Part shown: in pieces, positions 37,836-50,507 of the stretch
Layout: each line of letters opens with the position of its first letter
Numbering within the stretch: the first letter of the stretch is position 1
Origin: Octopus vulgaris
Taxonomy: Eukaryota
Length of the DNA: 64,000 bases
Direction: 5' to 3'
NCBI GenBank assembly: GCA_951406725.2
Contig: OX597814.1
Span: 66,402,001 to 66,466,000 of the forward strand
Notes under the pieces: generated by a model
The model's input: the letters and a program-made list of their open reading frames with translations, nothing else
Databases searched by the model: none
Told to the model about the DNA's origin: nothing
Position numbers and translations under genes: made by a program

Positions 37836-39441
37836 ACCCAGAACCACGCTAATAGCTTAAGAGTGAAATTTAGGATTTGTCGGTTTTCTGTGAATCGATT
37901 GTGATAAAACTTTTCCCAACTAGTTTGTACACTATGGCAACACCATTATTATGTTTTCATTATTCTGTGTAACGTCCTTTCTTTTTCTATTCCAGATTCT
38001 TCAGATTTTGGATGAACCTCTCGAAGAACAAGGGGACGTGGAAAGGCCTTAACGATGAAAAAAAGTCTCTCATCATCAAGGAAAGTGCGGAGAAGTTAGG
38101 TCATCATGTAGACATGGTTAGACGATTGCTTCGCCAAGGAAGAAACGATCCTGTTGTAGAACCTCTAAGACTGTGGCACTCGGGATTTAAAGAATATTGA
38201 CTGCAAGTTACGTGGGAAACCTGAAGAAACAAGCAAAACCACTTTTACCGCCTCCGGACTTCCTCATGTACCGAAAACTACCAGAAATTACATCCTAGAG
38301 ACCATGGATTCCGTGCGAGAACCCCCGAAACAGCCTCCTTTAACTGCCCCGTCACAGGAGTTTGAGGCTTCAGTGAGCCCAAAAGTAAATTACGCTTGAC
38401 ATGAGTTGTGTTCTGTTCACTGACGAAACCTTTGATGGACCTGACGGTTAGGAAAATGGTTGGGTCTATTCTGGAGATGAGCGTCACTAACGCTTACGAC
38501 GTCAACACAGGGGTTGTTCGCAATGATAGGAAGAGCCGACTTCGAAGGATAAAAAATCGACGTCGCTGCGAACGCTTGGCTTCCACAAGCCAGTTATCCC
38601 TGTGGAAATTTTTCTGACACTTCTCGGCGGACGCATAGCTCGCCGCTGTTGAGGGGTAATATCATAGGGGACATACTTGTTGGTCCAGTCAGGGTGCCTG
38701 AAGTGGTTAAAGTAACCGCAGCCACCTACTGCAATCTCTTGAAGGAAGTCTTGGATCCCTAGCTAGATGACATACCGCTGTCACTTCTAAGGAATCTCGT
38801 ATTCATGCATTATCTTCATGCATGACAACGCTTCCTCCCACTCTGCTAACCAAACATTACTAGGGTCTTACGGCATATAAACTGAAAGGTTGATGGTGTG
38901 GCCACCAGTATCTGCGGATCTCAACCCTATCGAAAATCTTCGGTCCATCATTAAACATGATATTTATGCCAATGGACACCAATTTACATCGAAATTGACC
39001 ATTATGAGTGACCATCAAAGTTGCAGCAGAGGCAGTCCAACCTGCTACTATTAAGAAATTGACAGATTCCATGACTAATAGGGTTTTTGAAGTTATCTGT
39101 CGAAATGGCGCTCATCTGGCTAAATAATTCATTATCTCAATAAATGTTATAATATTATTATGGTTTTCTGTTAAATATATATTCAATGTATGCTTAATAT
39201 GTATCATTACCCTTCATTTTCTGAAAAAAATTCTAGATGGGCTATTTTCATTTAAAAGTTATTAACGTGGTTAACCCAAAAGTTAAAGAATCTGAAATAA
39301 AAAAAGGAAGGACGTTACACAGAATAAGGAAAATATGACAATGGTGTTGCCACAGCGTACAAACTAGCTGGGGAAAGTCTTATCAAACTCGATTCACAGA
39401 AAACCGACAAATCCTAAATTTCACTCCTTAGGTTCTGTGTG
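37835..39441 (+). mobile_element. Tc1-like transposon with long (~140-150 bp) TIRs and a decayed transposase
   Basis: TIR gagtgaaatttaggatttgtcggttttctgtgaatcga... is mirrored at ~39290-39430. Transposase motifs VLFTDET, MHDNASSH and WPPVSADLNPIENL. Confidence 0.9.
38514..38624 (-). pseudogene. 28S (LSU) rRNA domain V fragment inserted in the Tc1 transposase
   Basis: caatgataggaagagccgacttcgaaggataaaaaatcgacgtcgctgcgaacgcttggcttccacaagccagttatccctgtggaaatttttctgacac is the reverse complement of the conserved LSU segment GTGTCAGAAAAGTTACCACAGGGATAACTGGCTTGTGG...TCGATGTCGGCTCTTCCTATCATTG, with scattered substitutions. Confidence 0.9.
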
Positions 39442-39533
39442 TGTGTGTGTGTGTGTATACACATACACGTGCATATACATATATGTATATATAACACACA
39501 CAGAAACACATATACATACATTATCGACCGCAC

Positions 39534-39763
39534 ATACTCGATGTATGAGTTTTGCTTGTTTGCCGGTACGCTGCCGCGTAGCGCGGTGCGAATGACATCC
39601 TCAAAGAGCTGGGTGTTAAAACACCTGAAAGTCATAGACAAGCGAGACAACTCGCCCGTAATCCCTTTCAAGTGTTTTAACAGCGAGCCCTTTGAAGGAA
39701 CCATCGCCACCGTGCTATACTGCAGCGAACCAGCGAACGAGCAAAACGCACACATTCAATATA
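39534..39763. mobile_element. GC-rich foldback/MITE-like imperfect palindrome
   Basis: Left arm gttttgcttgtttgccggtacgctgc...tgttaaaacacctgaaag pairs with right arm ctttcaagtgttttaaca...gcagcgaaccagcgaacgagcaaaac. Confidence 0.7.
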
Positions 39764-40579
39764 TCATATTATCATCTCGTTGCTAATATATTTTTCAATG
39801 GATTTAGATACAATGGTTGCATACTGGAGCTTCAATGCAAATCTTGTTTTATCTTAGACAAGCTTCAAGATGGCTCCACTGTCAGTTCCAAGCACCTTTT
39901 ATACCTTTCCTCAGCTGGAGTGCTGCATGGATAGCCAGGCAACTAACACTGTAGATTTTCCTCTTAATTCCATGTTCTTGAAATTAACCCTGAAATGATG
40001 AAATGATGAAAAGCAAAAATGACTGTTGCGGAATATGAATTCAGAACGTAAAGCCATGAAAAATGCCACTAAATATTTTGTCCGGCGTGCTAACTATTCT
40101 GCCACCACACTGTTTTAATAATAATTAATGATTTCAGATTTTAGCACAAGGTCAGCAATTTTGGGGGGAAATTAGATTAGTCGACTCAACAACTAAGATA
40201 GATTTTCCCCTTAACTCCACATTCTTATCGGGGCAACAACATCAACCCAATACTTGACTGGTACTTTCACCCCCGAAAGGATTGAAGGTAATATTGACCC
40301 CGGCAGTATTTGAACTCAGAGCGTAATGAGTTGGAAAAAATAACGCTAAGCCTTTTTTCTCGATGCGCAAACGATTCTAGCAGCTCTAACAATTCTAATA
40401 ATTATTTTAATACTACTTTTTTGGCAACATGGGCCAGTAAAGTCAGCAATGCTCAGGCGCAATACGAGCACGTGCAAAATGGTTTCGTCGCGCTGTGCAC
40501 ATCTCGTGTAGACGTAGCTGGCGGTAGCGTCTGTCGAATATATCCCAAACTGGCAGTGCCACGGTAGCACTGCCAGCCC

Positions 40580-41430
40580 AGAGATTTCTGAAAATTATCC
40601 ATAGTCCTTAGATCGCAAGTCCTCCGGAAAAGACCAGGCAGTTGGATTTCACATCCTTCAACCAATCGGGCAATGTGGTCAGTAGATGTTCTACCATGGC
40701 GTCCTAAAGGGGATTAATGGTAGACCCTTGGAGAAACTCCGGGCGTCGATGAAAATCAATTGGCTGTTTTTTGCTGAGGGATCGTCCGATCATCTGAACC
40801 CATCACCTTCACGGAGAGTGCAAGAGTAAGCGAACCTTTCTTGTCAGCAACGAAGCAGAGTAAGGTGGTAGTAGATGATGGATGCGATGTAGAAATTCAC
40901 CATTTCCATCTGACATTTCAGGGATAGCTTTCACTGGGCCCATTTCTGGGTGAGATTAACCACACTACTTCTCACTTCACTTCAGTTCTTGTTCACCAGG
41001 AGATTTGGACCAAACCAAGCTCGCAGCAATTTAATCGGTCCGTCCCTTAGTCGCCCCATGCCGCTTTCGAACCTCTACAGAAACATAGCTACAGTCTCTT
41101 CAACTATTCCTTGTTAATTTTTGCTTCATACTTCCTCAGAGCAGTTTCCTTCATTTCGATGTGTTTGGTACCCGACAGTATTACGGTAATATAGTAAGCA
41201 TATATTGACACAATTCTTCCGCATCCAAGTTCTTGAGAGATTCCCCTCGGAACCTCTACCATCCGCAGCTGTAGCTCGAGCGCCAACTCGTACAAAAGGA
41301 GCGAAATGGGGTAGCCTTGACGGACCGAATGCTTTATATTTAACGGTTCCAAAAGAGGATCTTTTAATTTAGTTATCGAGCAGATCTCGCTGTACATTGC
41401 AGCAATATATAAGTTCTGAAGACAGCCGCC
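40580..41430 (-). mobile_element. L1/Tx1-like LINE RT fragment
   Basis: EPLNIKHSVRQGYPISLLLYELALE..VSIYAYYIT (degenerate RQGCPLSPLL / YADD). Confidence 0.75.
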
Positions 41431-41899
41431 GTAAGAACAACTGCCAAGTTCAAACAGGACTCACCCATGCAGGTTTTTACACATTCTTCCTACGAGGTAT
41501 TACATGAGGTGGGGATTGTAATAGATAGATCTGTTTAAGATGGCGAGCGTCTATGCCTCATCTACCAGAATATCGACGACAAGCACCAAACTTACACTTT
41601 GGTTAAAATCTTCAACTCCACAATTATCGGTCCTTAATGGATTGGGAGGGATGCGTGCTACTCGATTCCCAGCAGATGTGTACGGCATTCCATTGTATTT
41701 TGCTCAACTGTTTGGGATGGACGTTGGGTCAGAAAATGGGATGGGCTTTATTGTCTCTTTTGACAGTCTGGTGCGGCTGTCGACTAAGGACAAAGAGTTC
41801 TGTGAAAGGCTGATAACAGCTGACAAAAATAAGGGATGCTATGACGAGCCGCACGACAAAGTTACTGTGGTTGAGTGGTCTCCTCGACGAACTTTATCT

Positions 41900-43295
41900 T
41901 CATACGCCTATTGGCAGTAGAACGAGAGAATTTCCTATCCTGCGAAATGAGATATGGTGGTGCTACTAAGAAGGATGACAAACAACAGGGATGATTTTAA
42001 CAATTTCAAGCCCGCAACTCTGCTAAATGCAAGTTTGAAGATTTGGATCAAGATGTTAACATTGAAGTTGTTCTTTGTCGACGATACTCTGTGGATGAAG
42101 CTCTGACATGTGCCATCTCAAACATATCTATCCAGCATAACCTCCACCTCATGTGATACATCATAGAAAGGATAGTAAAAAATTTGGCATGAGTGGGACT
42201 CTGATCAATTTATCAATTTGCATCAGTGGAAAGCTTTGAATAGGGCTGACCTTCAATACTTAGTAGCTGTCTTCAAGGCGGTAGGTTTCGGATCCATCTT
42301 CAGAATCTGTATCGTTGCAGTGTATTGAGTGAATGACCACCAGCTTCGAGGGATGTACCCCTAGAACTAGGATGTGGAAGACCCTTGTTTGAATATGCAG
42401 ATTACATCGCCTTCATAGCGTCAGACACCAAACATATGAAGAAGATCAACACTACTATAAAGGTGTACGAGGCAAAAATTAACCGGGAGAGGTAGGTCCA
42501 TACCACCCAACAGTTTCGTTGGCGCTGGAGGAAGACCGGTTGAATTGATCGGGGTTTAGTCACTTTTTCCCAGTTGTTTTTCCTATGTGATGAGCAGAGA
42601 GGCTGAGAGGAAGCTATCTCTGAATGCTTGGGCGAATACCTCCATTACATCCATCATCTGTACCACCTGACCGTCGTGCCTTGTTCTGCTTTATGGCTAA
42701 CCAGAATGGACTATGGACTGCTTCGGGTTTCACTGGTCAGTCCATTTGTTGTCATCATCAGCTGCGTGAGGGACTGAGCATGGTGTAGCTAATGATGCAG
42801 AAACATACCGAGACTACATCTCACGCGTTTGCTTGATGGTGGACACGTGTGGTCACCATTTGTTAGATGCGCTTTACTGCAGTCGTATCTTGACAAAGCT
42901 GCAGTCCTGAATCAACCGTAGACCGATGGAGGGCGACTGACACCTTGAGTGTCATCAGGCGCTCAAAACATTCAGCCGGTCGAGCAGTTCTACCATTGCA
43001 TTCGTCTCCCCAGTAAATTTGTTAAAAGGTTAGTGTATGTGTCTAGTGAGTGGGACTACTCTAAGCTGACACCTTTAGGCTGAGGAGTAACAAGGAGAGA
43101 GGAGCACTTGCCATCATACTCCTGATGAGTATGATGACACGGGATCTATGGGGTGTCTCGATGCTCCCGGCTAGCGTTTTCCACCCTATTAATTGATGTT
43201 CTTGAATTTTTTAACGTTCCTTTGTCTTTGTGTTTTTGTATTGCCCTAAATGTTTTTCGATGCCCTTGTGGCCAATAAAAATATTATTTTTATTA
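41900..43295 (+). mobile_element. L1/Tx1-like LINE fragment including 3' end
   Basis: MVVLLRR..DDFNNFKPATLLNASLKIWIKML, KAL(N)R and EYADYI motifs. The 3' end is gcccttgtggccaataaaaat followed by (ATT)n. Confidence 0.7.
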
Positions 43296-43634
43296 TTATT
43301 ATTGAGTGAAGGAGCAGTACACACCACCAAAGTGATACTGGAGTGCAAGTATATGAAGCCCAATATACCAATCAGGACTACCTGTCTTATATGGGATACC
43401 AGGTACATGCATCACAACCATGTGTGATCTCATATCAAGATAAATAGTGCTAGCACGCTGGACAGCATTTTGTCTGTCCTTACGTTCTGAGTTCAAATTT
43501 TACTGAAGTCGACTTTGCCTTTCATCCATAAAATAAGTACCAATTGAGCACTGGGGTCGATATAATCGACTTATCCTTCCGCTGAAATTGCTGGCCTTGA
43601 GCCAACATTTGTAACTGTTATTATCATCATTATC

Positions 43635-43905
43635 ATTTTTCTTTTTATCTCAAGTTTTGTTGTAACTCCTGCAATCTTGCATGCGTACCGGGCTTGAAGC
43701 TTGCAGCCTACAGTACCATGCTACCCGTTCTTTTCAAATATCTAATTCTTTCCTGATTTTTCTGGCTGTGTCAAGGAGGCAGACCTTTTATAACAGTTCT
43801 ACTGGGCATTCTATTCCGATTTCCTTTATATTCCTCTTGCTGCCTTCTGATACTGTTCTCAAGGACCCAACAATAATTGGCACTATCTTCACCTTTTCAT
43901 TTTTC
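43635..43905 (-). mobile_element. RLE-type non-LTR retrotransposon C-terminal fragment
   Basis: Minus translation IVPIIVGSLRTVS..IKEIGIECPVELL*KVCLLDTARKIRK. Confidence 0.7.
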
Positions 43906-43934
43906 AAAGCCGGGCTATTTCGTTCTTAAGAGGA

Positions 43935-44004
<70 letters not shown>

Positions 44005-44189
44005 CATCATTATTATTATTATTGGCTGAATCGTTAGCACGCCGGGTGAAATGCTTAGCAGTATTTCTCCAGTCGCTACGTTCTGAGTTCAATTTCCGCC
44101 AAAGACAAATTTGCCTTTCATCCTTTCGGGGTCGATAAATTAAGTATCAGGCCTTGTGCCTATAGTAGAAAGGATTATTATTATTATTG

Positions 44190-44770
44190 GATGAACACAG
44201 TATCAGTTTGAAAACTTTTATATGGGCCAGAAGCATGGATTCTTTACTACAGACCTTTAAAAAAACTTGAAAACTTTTACTTGCGCTATCAGCGCAATAT
44301 CTGCAACATAAGCTGCTAGATAAAATATCAAGTGCCAAAGTTTTAAAAGCAGTGATATCTCCAGTATCAAAAGCATGCTGCTAAGAATACAGTGAAGATA
44401 AGCAGAACATGTTCGAATACAAGATAATCGCATTCCGAAAATTCTTTTGTATGGCCAACATGCAGAGGGACTGCGCAGTAAAGGAAGATTCTTGCAACGG
44501 TTTAAGGATAAGTTGAAACAATTATTAAAACCCCTACAGCTTAATTTAACATCTTGGGAAAGTCACTGCCTACATCGATCTGAGTGGCGTAAAATGTGTC
44601 ATGATGCATCTAAACATTTTGAGTTGAAGACACAGAACAGTAAAAGAATTATATCCTCTAATCAACAGACACATTCGTCCAATCCAGGACAAAATCAAAA
44701 TCATCAGTGTTCCCATGGTGACTTCATAGCAAAATCCATACCTGGACTCAAATTACATTCATCGTAAATA
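44190..44770 (+). mobile_element. RTE/BovB-like LINE 3' fragment
   Basis: RIQDNRIPKILLYGQ..GRFLQRFKDKLK..WESHCLHRSEWRK plus a degenerate terminal C2H2. Confidence 0.8.
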
Positions 44771-44887
44771 GGCGCAATTTCTTTTTAACCCCTGTTTTTT
44801 TTTTAAATCCTTTTCTCCAAACACTTCACACATCGAAATCGACGTGAGTGACCACCACCACCATCTTCATCTTCCTCCTCCTCTTTG

Positions 44888-44938
44888 TCATCATCATCAT
44901 CATCAGTAGTAGTAGTAGTAGTAGTGGTGGTGGTGGTG

Positions 44939-45002
<64 letters not shown>

Positions 45003-45003
45003 A
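44888..45003. repeat. Compound trinucleotide microsatellite (TCA)n(GTA)n(GTG)n(GTA)n
   Basis: Directly visible. Confidence 0.95.
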
Positions 45004-45860
45004 GTATAGCAGCAGGAGGGGAGAGTATAGAAGAAGAAAAAGTGTAAATATAACGAAAGGCGAGAATTGATAAACACAACTGGACCCACATCCATACACG
45101 TATATTCACAAAAAGGGCCGCATACGTGCATGGAATTGCATAATTTTTCTTTTATAGATTACGCATGCAGGTACATTAAAAATTGTACTCTTCTTGCACA
45201 CGTACGTATATGTAAAACTGAAAGGTATTGATAAAACATCAATATTCGTAGTTTGAAACAATTATAAATGTTTATATAAACAAAAATATAAGAAAAATAT
45301 ATATCAAATGAACAACATAGATCAGATTATATTTATAGATATTAAAGTCAAAGTGGGGTTTTTTTTCTTTACTGATTTTTTCTTTCGTTGAATTTTCAGA
45401 TTCAAGAAATTGATGGAAAGTAAAAATGATAATAAAAACATTTTAATGTTGGATTACGTTTTTTGTTTTTGTTTTCATTTTTTTCTTTACCAATTTTTTT
45501 TTTAAATTTTCATTTCGGTAAAAATCCAGCTTTATTATTTAAGTGAAGCTTGGTTGATGTTGTTTAGACTCAGGTTAGTTATGTTCATGTAAACCTATGG
45601 TCAAAGGCAATTCCAGCTGTGACATTTCCCTTTTTATCCGTGACACAGTACATTTAGATTAGGTTCCACATTCAAAGATGGTGGGATGAAATTTGTTGGA
45701 TATTTAGCTACTATTTCTAGCCTTTTGTTCTGTGTGCGTGTGTGAATGTGTATACACCCACATACACGCGTATATATTTGTATGAATGTGTGTATCTGTA
45801 TGTATGTATGTATGTATGTATGTATGTATGTATGTATGTATATACATGTATGTATGTATG

Positions 45861-45920
<60 letters not shown>

Positions 45921-46904
45921 CACATGTATGTATGTATGTCATTATTCAGTTATTTATTTCAAGATTTCTTGCCAATAGAGAAAGAGCCGGTTTCTAACCT
46001 AGAACTAAGGCCCCTTCATTGGAATTTCAACGTTAACAGAGTATATTTGCATGTATGTATATGTACAGTATTTAGAATCAATACATGTGCAAATTTGTAT
46101 GTTTTGCTTTCTGTATGTATTCTCATGCATATACTTGCATGAGAATACTTACATAAAACAAAACATACAAATCTGCACAGGCACTGACTCCAAATATTGC
46201 ACATACACATGCATGCATACATACAATAATAATGAAGGAACCTTACGGAATGGAACTATTGTGTAACTTTTACGAAATGGATTTCATAGTAATCCATAAG
46301 CAGTAAAATAGTAATGTTGGTTAATTTTATATTGATAACGATTACAGGCTGTCTGTGTGTAAGCACACATACACACACACACAGAAACACACATACATAC
46401 ACACACACACAAATATACATGTATATATATATATACACACACACACACACAAACATACACATGCACTCATATATTTTAAGAAAGAAATTACCTCAAAACC
46501 AATTTTCAATAATCATTTTCATATTTTACGTTGAATATCTATTATATTTTTTAAATATTTTTATTATTCCACCCCCTTGTAAGATCAACAAAATTTCGAC
46601 TTCTAAGTCGGAATTTTTATTCATATTTACATCTTTTTCTTCCCCTTCTTTTCACAGATATTTTTATTTTCATCGTCGTTTTTACATTTATTTATTTTGT
46701 TTCAACATATAAATTTCGGTGACAAATTTATTCGTAAATTTTACTTGTGCATGTGTGTAAGTTTCATTTTATCTCATATCGCATAGAACATAAAATATTA
46801 GATAATATTCTCATTTCCTGCCATTGAAGAACGAGTTCTCATGTATGTAGTACATGCACTCACGCACACACACACACACACACACACATACACACACACA
46901 CACA

Positions 46905-46984
<80 letters not shown>

Positions 46985-47076
46985 TTATATAAGTAAGTGG
47001 ACAAGCAAAAGAAAAGACACTCAAAACATATTTAGTAGGAGTCACATGTATTATTTAAAGCAGTTTGATACGGCGC

Positions 47077-47170
47077 TATGCGACTTGAGGCTTCGCGGGT
47101 CTCTAACAGAAGCCCGTCTCTTTCAGGCTTCGGGCTTCTATTAGATGCCCGTGAAACTTATATCTGCATA
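47077..47170 (+). other. Imperfect ~40-bp stem-loop, pre-miRNA-like or mini-MITE
   Basis: gcttcgcgggtctctaacagaagcccg / 14-nt loop / cgggcttctattagatgcccgtgaaac, extended by tatgc..gcata. Confidence 0.6.
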
Positions 47171-47220
47171 TATACAGACTTATATATACATACATACATA
47201 CACACACACACACATATATA

Positions 47221-48081
47221 TATATGAAAGAAGGTTTGAAAATGCAATTTTTAAAGATGTTTATTCACTTGAACGGTTTCACTTTTTTAGAAAGAGATTG
47301 TCAAAAGTAACATGTAAAAGTTTTGTTGTGTTAGGTATTGGTTGTCACAAAATATCACAATACGTATATACATTCTTTGATAATAATAAGAACATGTTAA
47401 AAACAGTTTACAAGGAAAAAGCTTCGGAAAATATTAAAAAGTTCATCAAAATATTAGGATTTCATTAGAAATCATATTTGTTTGGAAGTACATATATATA
47501 TACACAGAAAATTATAAGTTCAAAAAGGTCATATTTTGGTAGTATATATATACACAGAAGGAGATATATTTAGTTTACAAAGAATTTGGGATGAACTGAC
47601 CTGTTTCATCATTCTATCGTAAAATGATAAAATGGTGAAACAGGTTAGTTCATCCCAAATTCTTTGAAAACTAAATATATCTCCTTCCGTGTATATATAT
47701 ACTACCAAAATATGACCTTTTTGAACTTATAATTTTCTGTGTATATATATAGATACTTCCAAACAAACATGATTTCTAAGATTTTTTCTGTAAACTGTTT
47801 TTAATATTTTCTTATTATTATCAAAGAATACATATATGTATTGTAATTTTTTGTGCCTAATATTTTAATGAATTTTTAATATTTTACCTGTAAACTGTTT
47901 TTAACATGTTCTTATTATTATCAAAAAATGTATATATGTATTGTAATATTTTGTGACAACTAGTACCTAACACAACAAAGCTTTTACATTTTACTTTTGG
48001 CAATCTTTTTCTAAAAAAGTGAAACCGCCAAGTGAATAAACATCTTAAAAATTTGCATTTTCAAGACCTTCTTTCATATAT
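47221..48081. repeat. ~860-bp AT-rich foldback palindrome with a 3-nt loop (47621-47623)
   Basis: Arms of ~400 bp, e.g. agaatttgggatgaactgacctgtttcatcattctatcgt|aaa|atgataaaatggtgaaacaggttagttcatcccaaattct. The right arm contains an internal duplication. Confidence 0.92.
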
Positions 48082-48117
48082 AATTCCACTCGTGCGGTAC
48101 CCTACAACTTCATTTTG

Positions 48118-48150
<33 letters not shown>

Positions 48151-48155
<5 letters not shown>

Positions 48156-48352
48156 TTAAAATGAGGAAGGCCGGTTTATGGGATTACCTTAGGTTTCCCA
48201 GCCATAAAGGGTTTAGCATTTTGGCTAAAATATTTTTAAGGGGTCATGGGCCAACAGGTTTTTGGGATCTGACGATAAGCCATAAAATTATAACCTTTAT
48301 GGACGGGAAACCTCAGGAATCCCATAAAACGGCTTTCCCCATTTTAAATATA
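48151..48352. mobile_element. MITE with ~70-bp TIRs inserted in a TA tract
   Basis: tttaaaatgaggaaggccggtttatgggattacc.taggtttcccagccataaagg is mirrored by cctttatggacgggaaacctcaggaatcccataaaacggctttccccattttaaa. Confidence 0.8.
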
Positions 48353-48410
48353 TTGCTCTACATCTTAGAGTGGGCTTCTTCTCTCGGATTTATGTTCTTT
48401 ACAAACGATA

Positions 48411-48467
<57 letters not shown>

Positions 48468-48561
48468 GCATATATATATATATATATATTAATCAATATA
48501 GGGTGGCAAAAAAATTTTGATTTCTAGTGGGTGAATGGCCTATTATGGCCGTTCCTTGATT

Positions 48562-48599
<38 letters not shown>

Positions 48600-49392
48600 T
48601 ATGTATGTGTGTATATATATATATATACATATATTATATATGTACATACATATATATATATGTTTATATATATATATATATATATATGCACATACATCAT
48701 ATATATATATATATATATACATACATCATTTATATGTGTGTGTGTTTGTCTGTAAGTATGCATCTATGTATGTGTGTGCGTGTGTCTGTATTTATATACA
48801 TATATATTATGTGCGTATGTGTACGTGTGTAATTGTTAGCGGAATGAACTGAAACATATCTTGTACATACTAGAGTAAAATACAAATCTCGTGTGTTGTT
48901 CTTTCTTGTTTCAAACAGGACTGTTGAGCCCTCTACGTAAACTTTGCACAGAAATACACATTCCCGATGGATTTAACAATACTTACTCAAATGCATGCAT
49001 GCTTTCAGAGATATAACACATAGGGTAGGTAATATTTACCCCTCCTCCTCCGACACGTATGTGTCGATATATACTCACACTTATTTGTGTATGTATACAT
49101 CTACACAAGCACAAACACACACACATACACACAGAAATACCACACATGCATCTCTAATGCTATTATATATATACTCTTGCTCCTTAGTTATTACGAAGGA
49201 AGGCTTTAAAACATTTAGTCATTCATTATCATCAGAGCTTCTCTTTTCCCATGTTTTTTGTTGTGTTTTTTGCTTTTGCTTTGTTTTTTTTTTTGTTTTT
49301 TGTTTTGTTTTTTACAAGAATGAACAAACGTTTCAGAAGATGAATTTCATAACTCTGTGTTTCTGTCGCTCTTTCTTTCTCTCGTTAGCACA

Positions 49393-49571
49393 TCATCTAA
49401 TAGGAACTATAGCACTCTTGTGACACGTAGCACAGCAGACAGCCGCATATGCCTTGTGACCGCACATTCTGTGTTTTACCACCAGGTGGCACCATTTGTA
49501 TTTGTCATAGCACGTCCGATAAACTCTGTCTTGGTACCTGTTACTCAAGTTGTGTTGAATATTGTGATCGT
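49393..49571 (-). CDS. ADAMTS16/18-like gene, last coding exon with PLAC domain (not in ORF track)
   Basis: tttccag| phase-1 acceptor. Encodes ..RTCYDKYKWCHLVVKHRMCGHKAYAAVCCATCHKSAIVPIR*, a six-Cys PLAC pattern close to that of ADAMTS16/18. Confidence 0.9.
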
Positions 49572-49910
49572 CTGGAAAGTAGAAAACAGATTTACTTTAA
49601 AGCAAGAATGAAGTGCAGTACTTTGCTTACATTTTCTCTTTCTCTTTTTCCCTACACACACACACACACACACACACACGCACGCACACTCAAACACACA
49701 TACACAAACATATACGACAGGCTTCTTTCAGTTTCTGTTTGCAAAATCCCCTCACATGGCTTTGGTCAACCTAGGGCTATAGCAGAAGACACTAGCTTAC
49801 CGTACCACGCAGTAGGTCTGAACTTGAAACCATGTAGTTGGGATACCAATTTATACACACACGCGCACACAAATGTACACTCCTAAACACGTGTCTACGT
49901 ATGTGAATGT

Positions 49911-49942
<32 letters not shown>

Positions 49943-50094
49943 CTATATATGCATGTATGATTCTTCTTTGAGTTTAAATAAGTGGTATGGTTGTGTGTTG
50001 GTTGAACTGTCCATGCATACACCCAAGTGTGTGCATCTATTCGCATAAGAATCTGAGATGGAGATTTGGAACGTCTTACAAATCTTTACTGTGT

Positions 50095-50470
50095 CACTAA
50101 TAAATTGAATTAGGTGAATACACGTCAGTTTCTTTTCCTCTTCCCGAGTTTCCTACATTTTTCTGGAAATTTGTTGATAGATAACCTAATGCACCTATGA
50201 TGATAGGTATAGATGAAAATTCGTAGTCAGAGTACAAGATTTGTACGTTCATCATAAATGTTCTCTTTTTCCTGGGCTTTTGGTTGTACATTCACACCCA
50301 CTGGGCAGCTGACCTCAGTAGCAGTGCATAATTGTTGTACCCTCCCCCACAGAGCAATATTAGGTCTGTTATGTTTGCACTAAATTGATGTTTTTATTTG
50401 GGTGTTCCACTCGTATTCCTTGTTTTTAAAGGTGTGAATATCTGCTGGTTCTGACAAGATTTTGACGTAT
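50095..50470 (-). mobile_element. RLE-type non-LTR retrotransposon endonuclease fragment
   Basis: KHNRPNIALW..CTATEVSCP..YSDYEFSSIPIIIGALGY (degenerate PD..E..K nuclease). Confidence 0.7.
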
Positions 50471-50507
50471 ACATCAAGGCAGTCCTACCTGCGGGTAGCA
50501 TTGTAAA

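Noticed and set aside
38514-38624. Functional rRNA gene
   Set aside because: Only ~110 nt, mutated at normally invariant positions and embedded in a transposon; reported as a pseudogene fragment instead.
41540-41920. 126-aa ORF as a host gene
   Set aside because: It lies between two LINE fragments and shows no recognisable domain or convincing splice context; probably LINE-derived or chance.
43112-43136. CTGATGA as a hammerhead core
   Set aside because: No downstream helix II/GAAA arrangement; it is simply a 10-bp perfect hairpin in a LINE 3' region.
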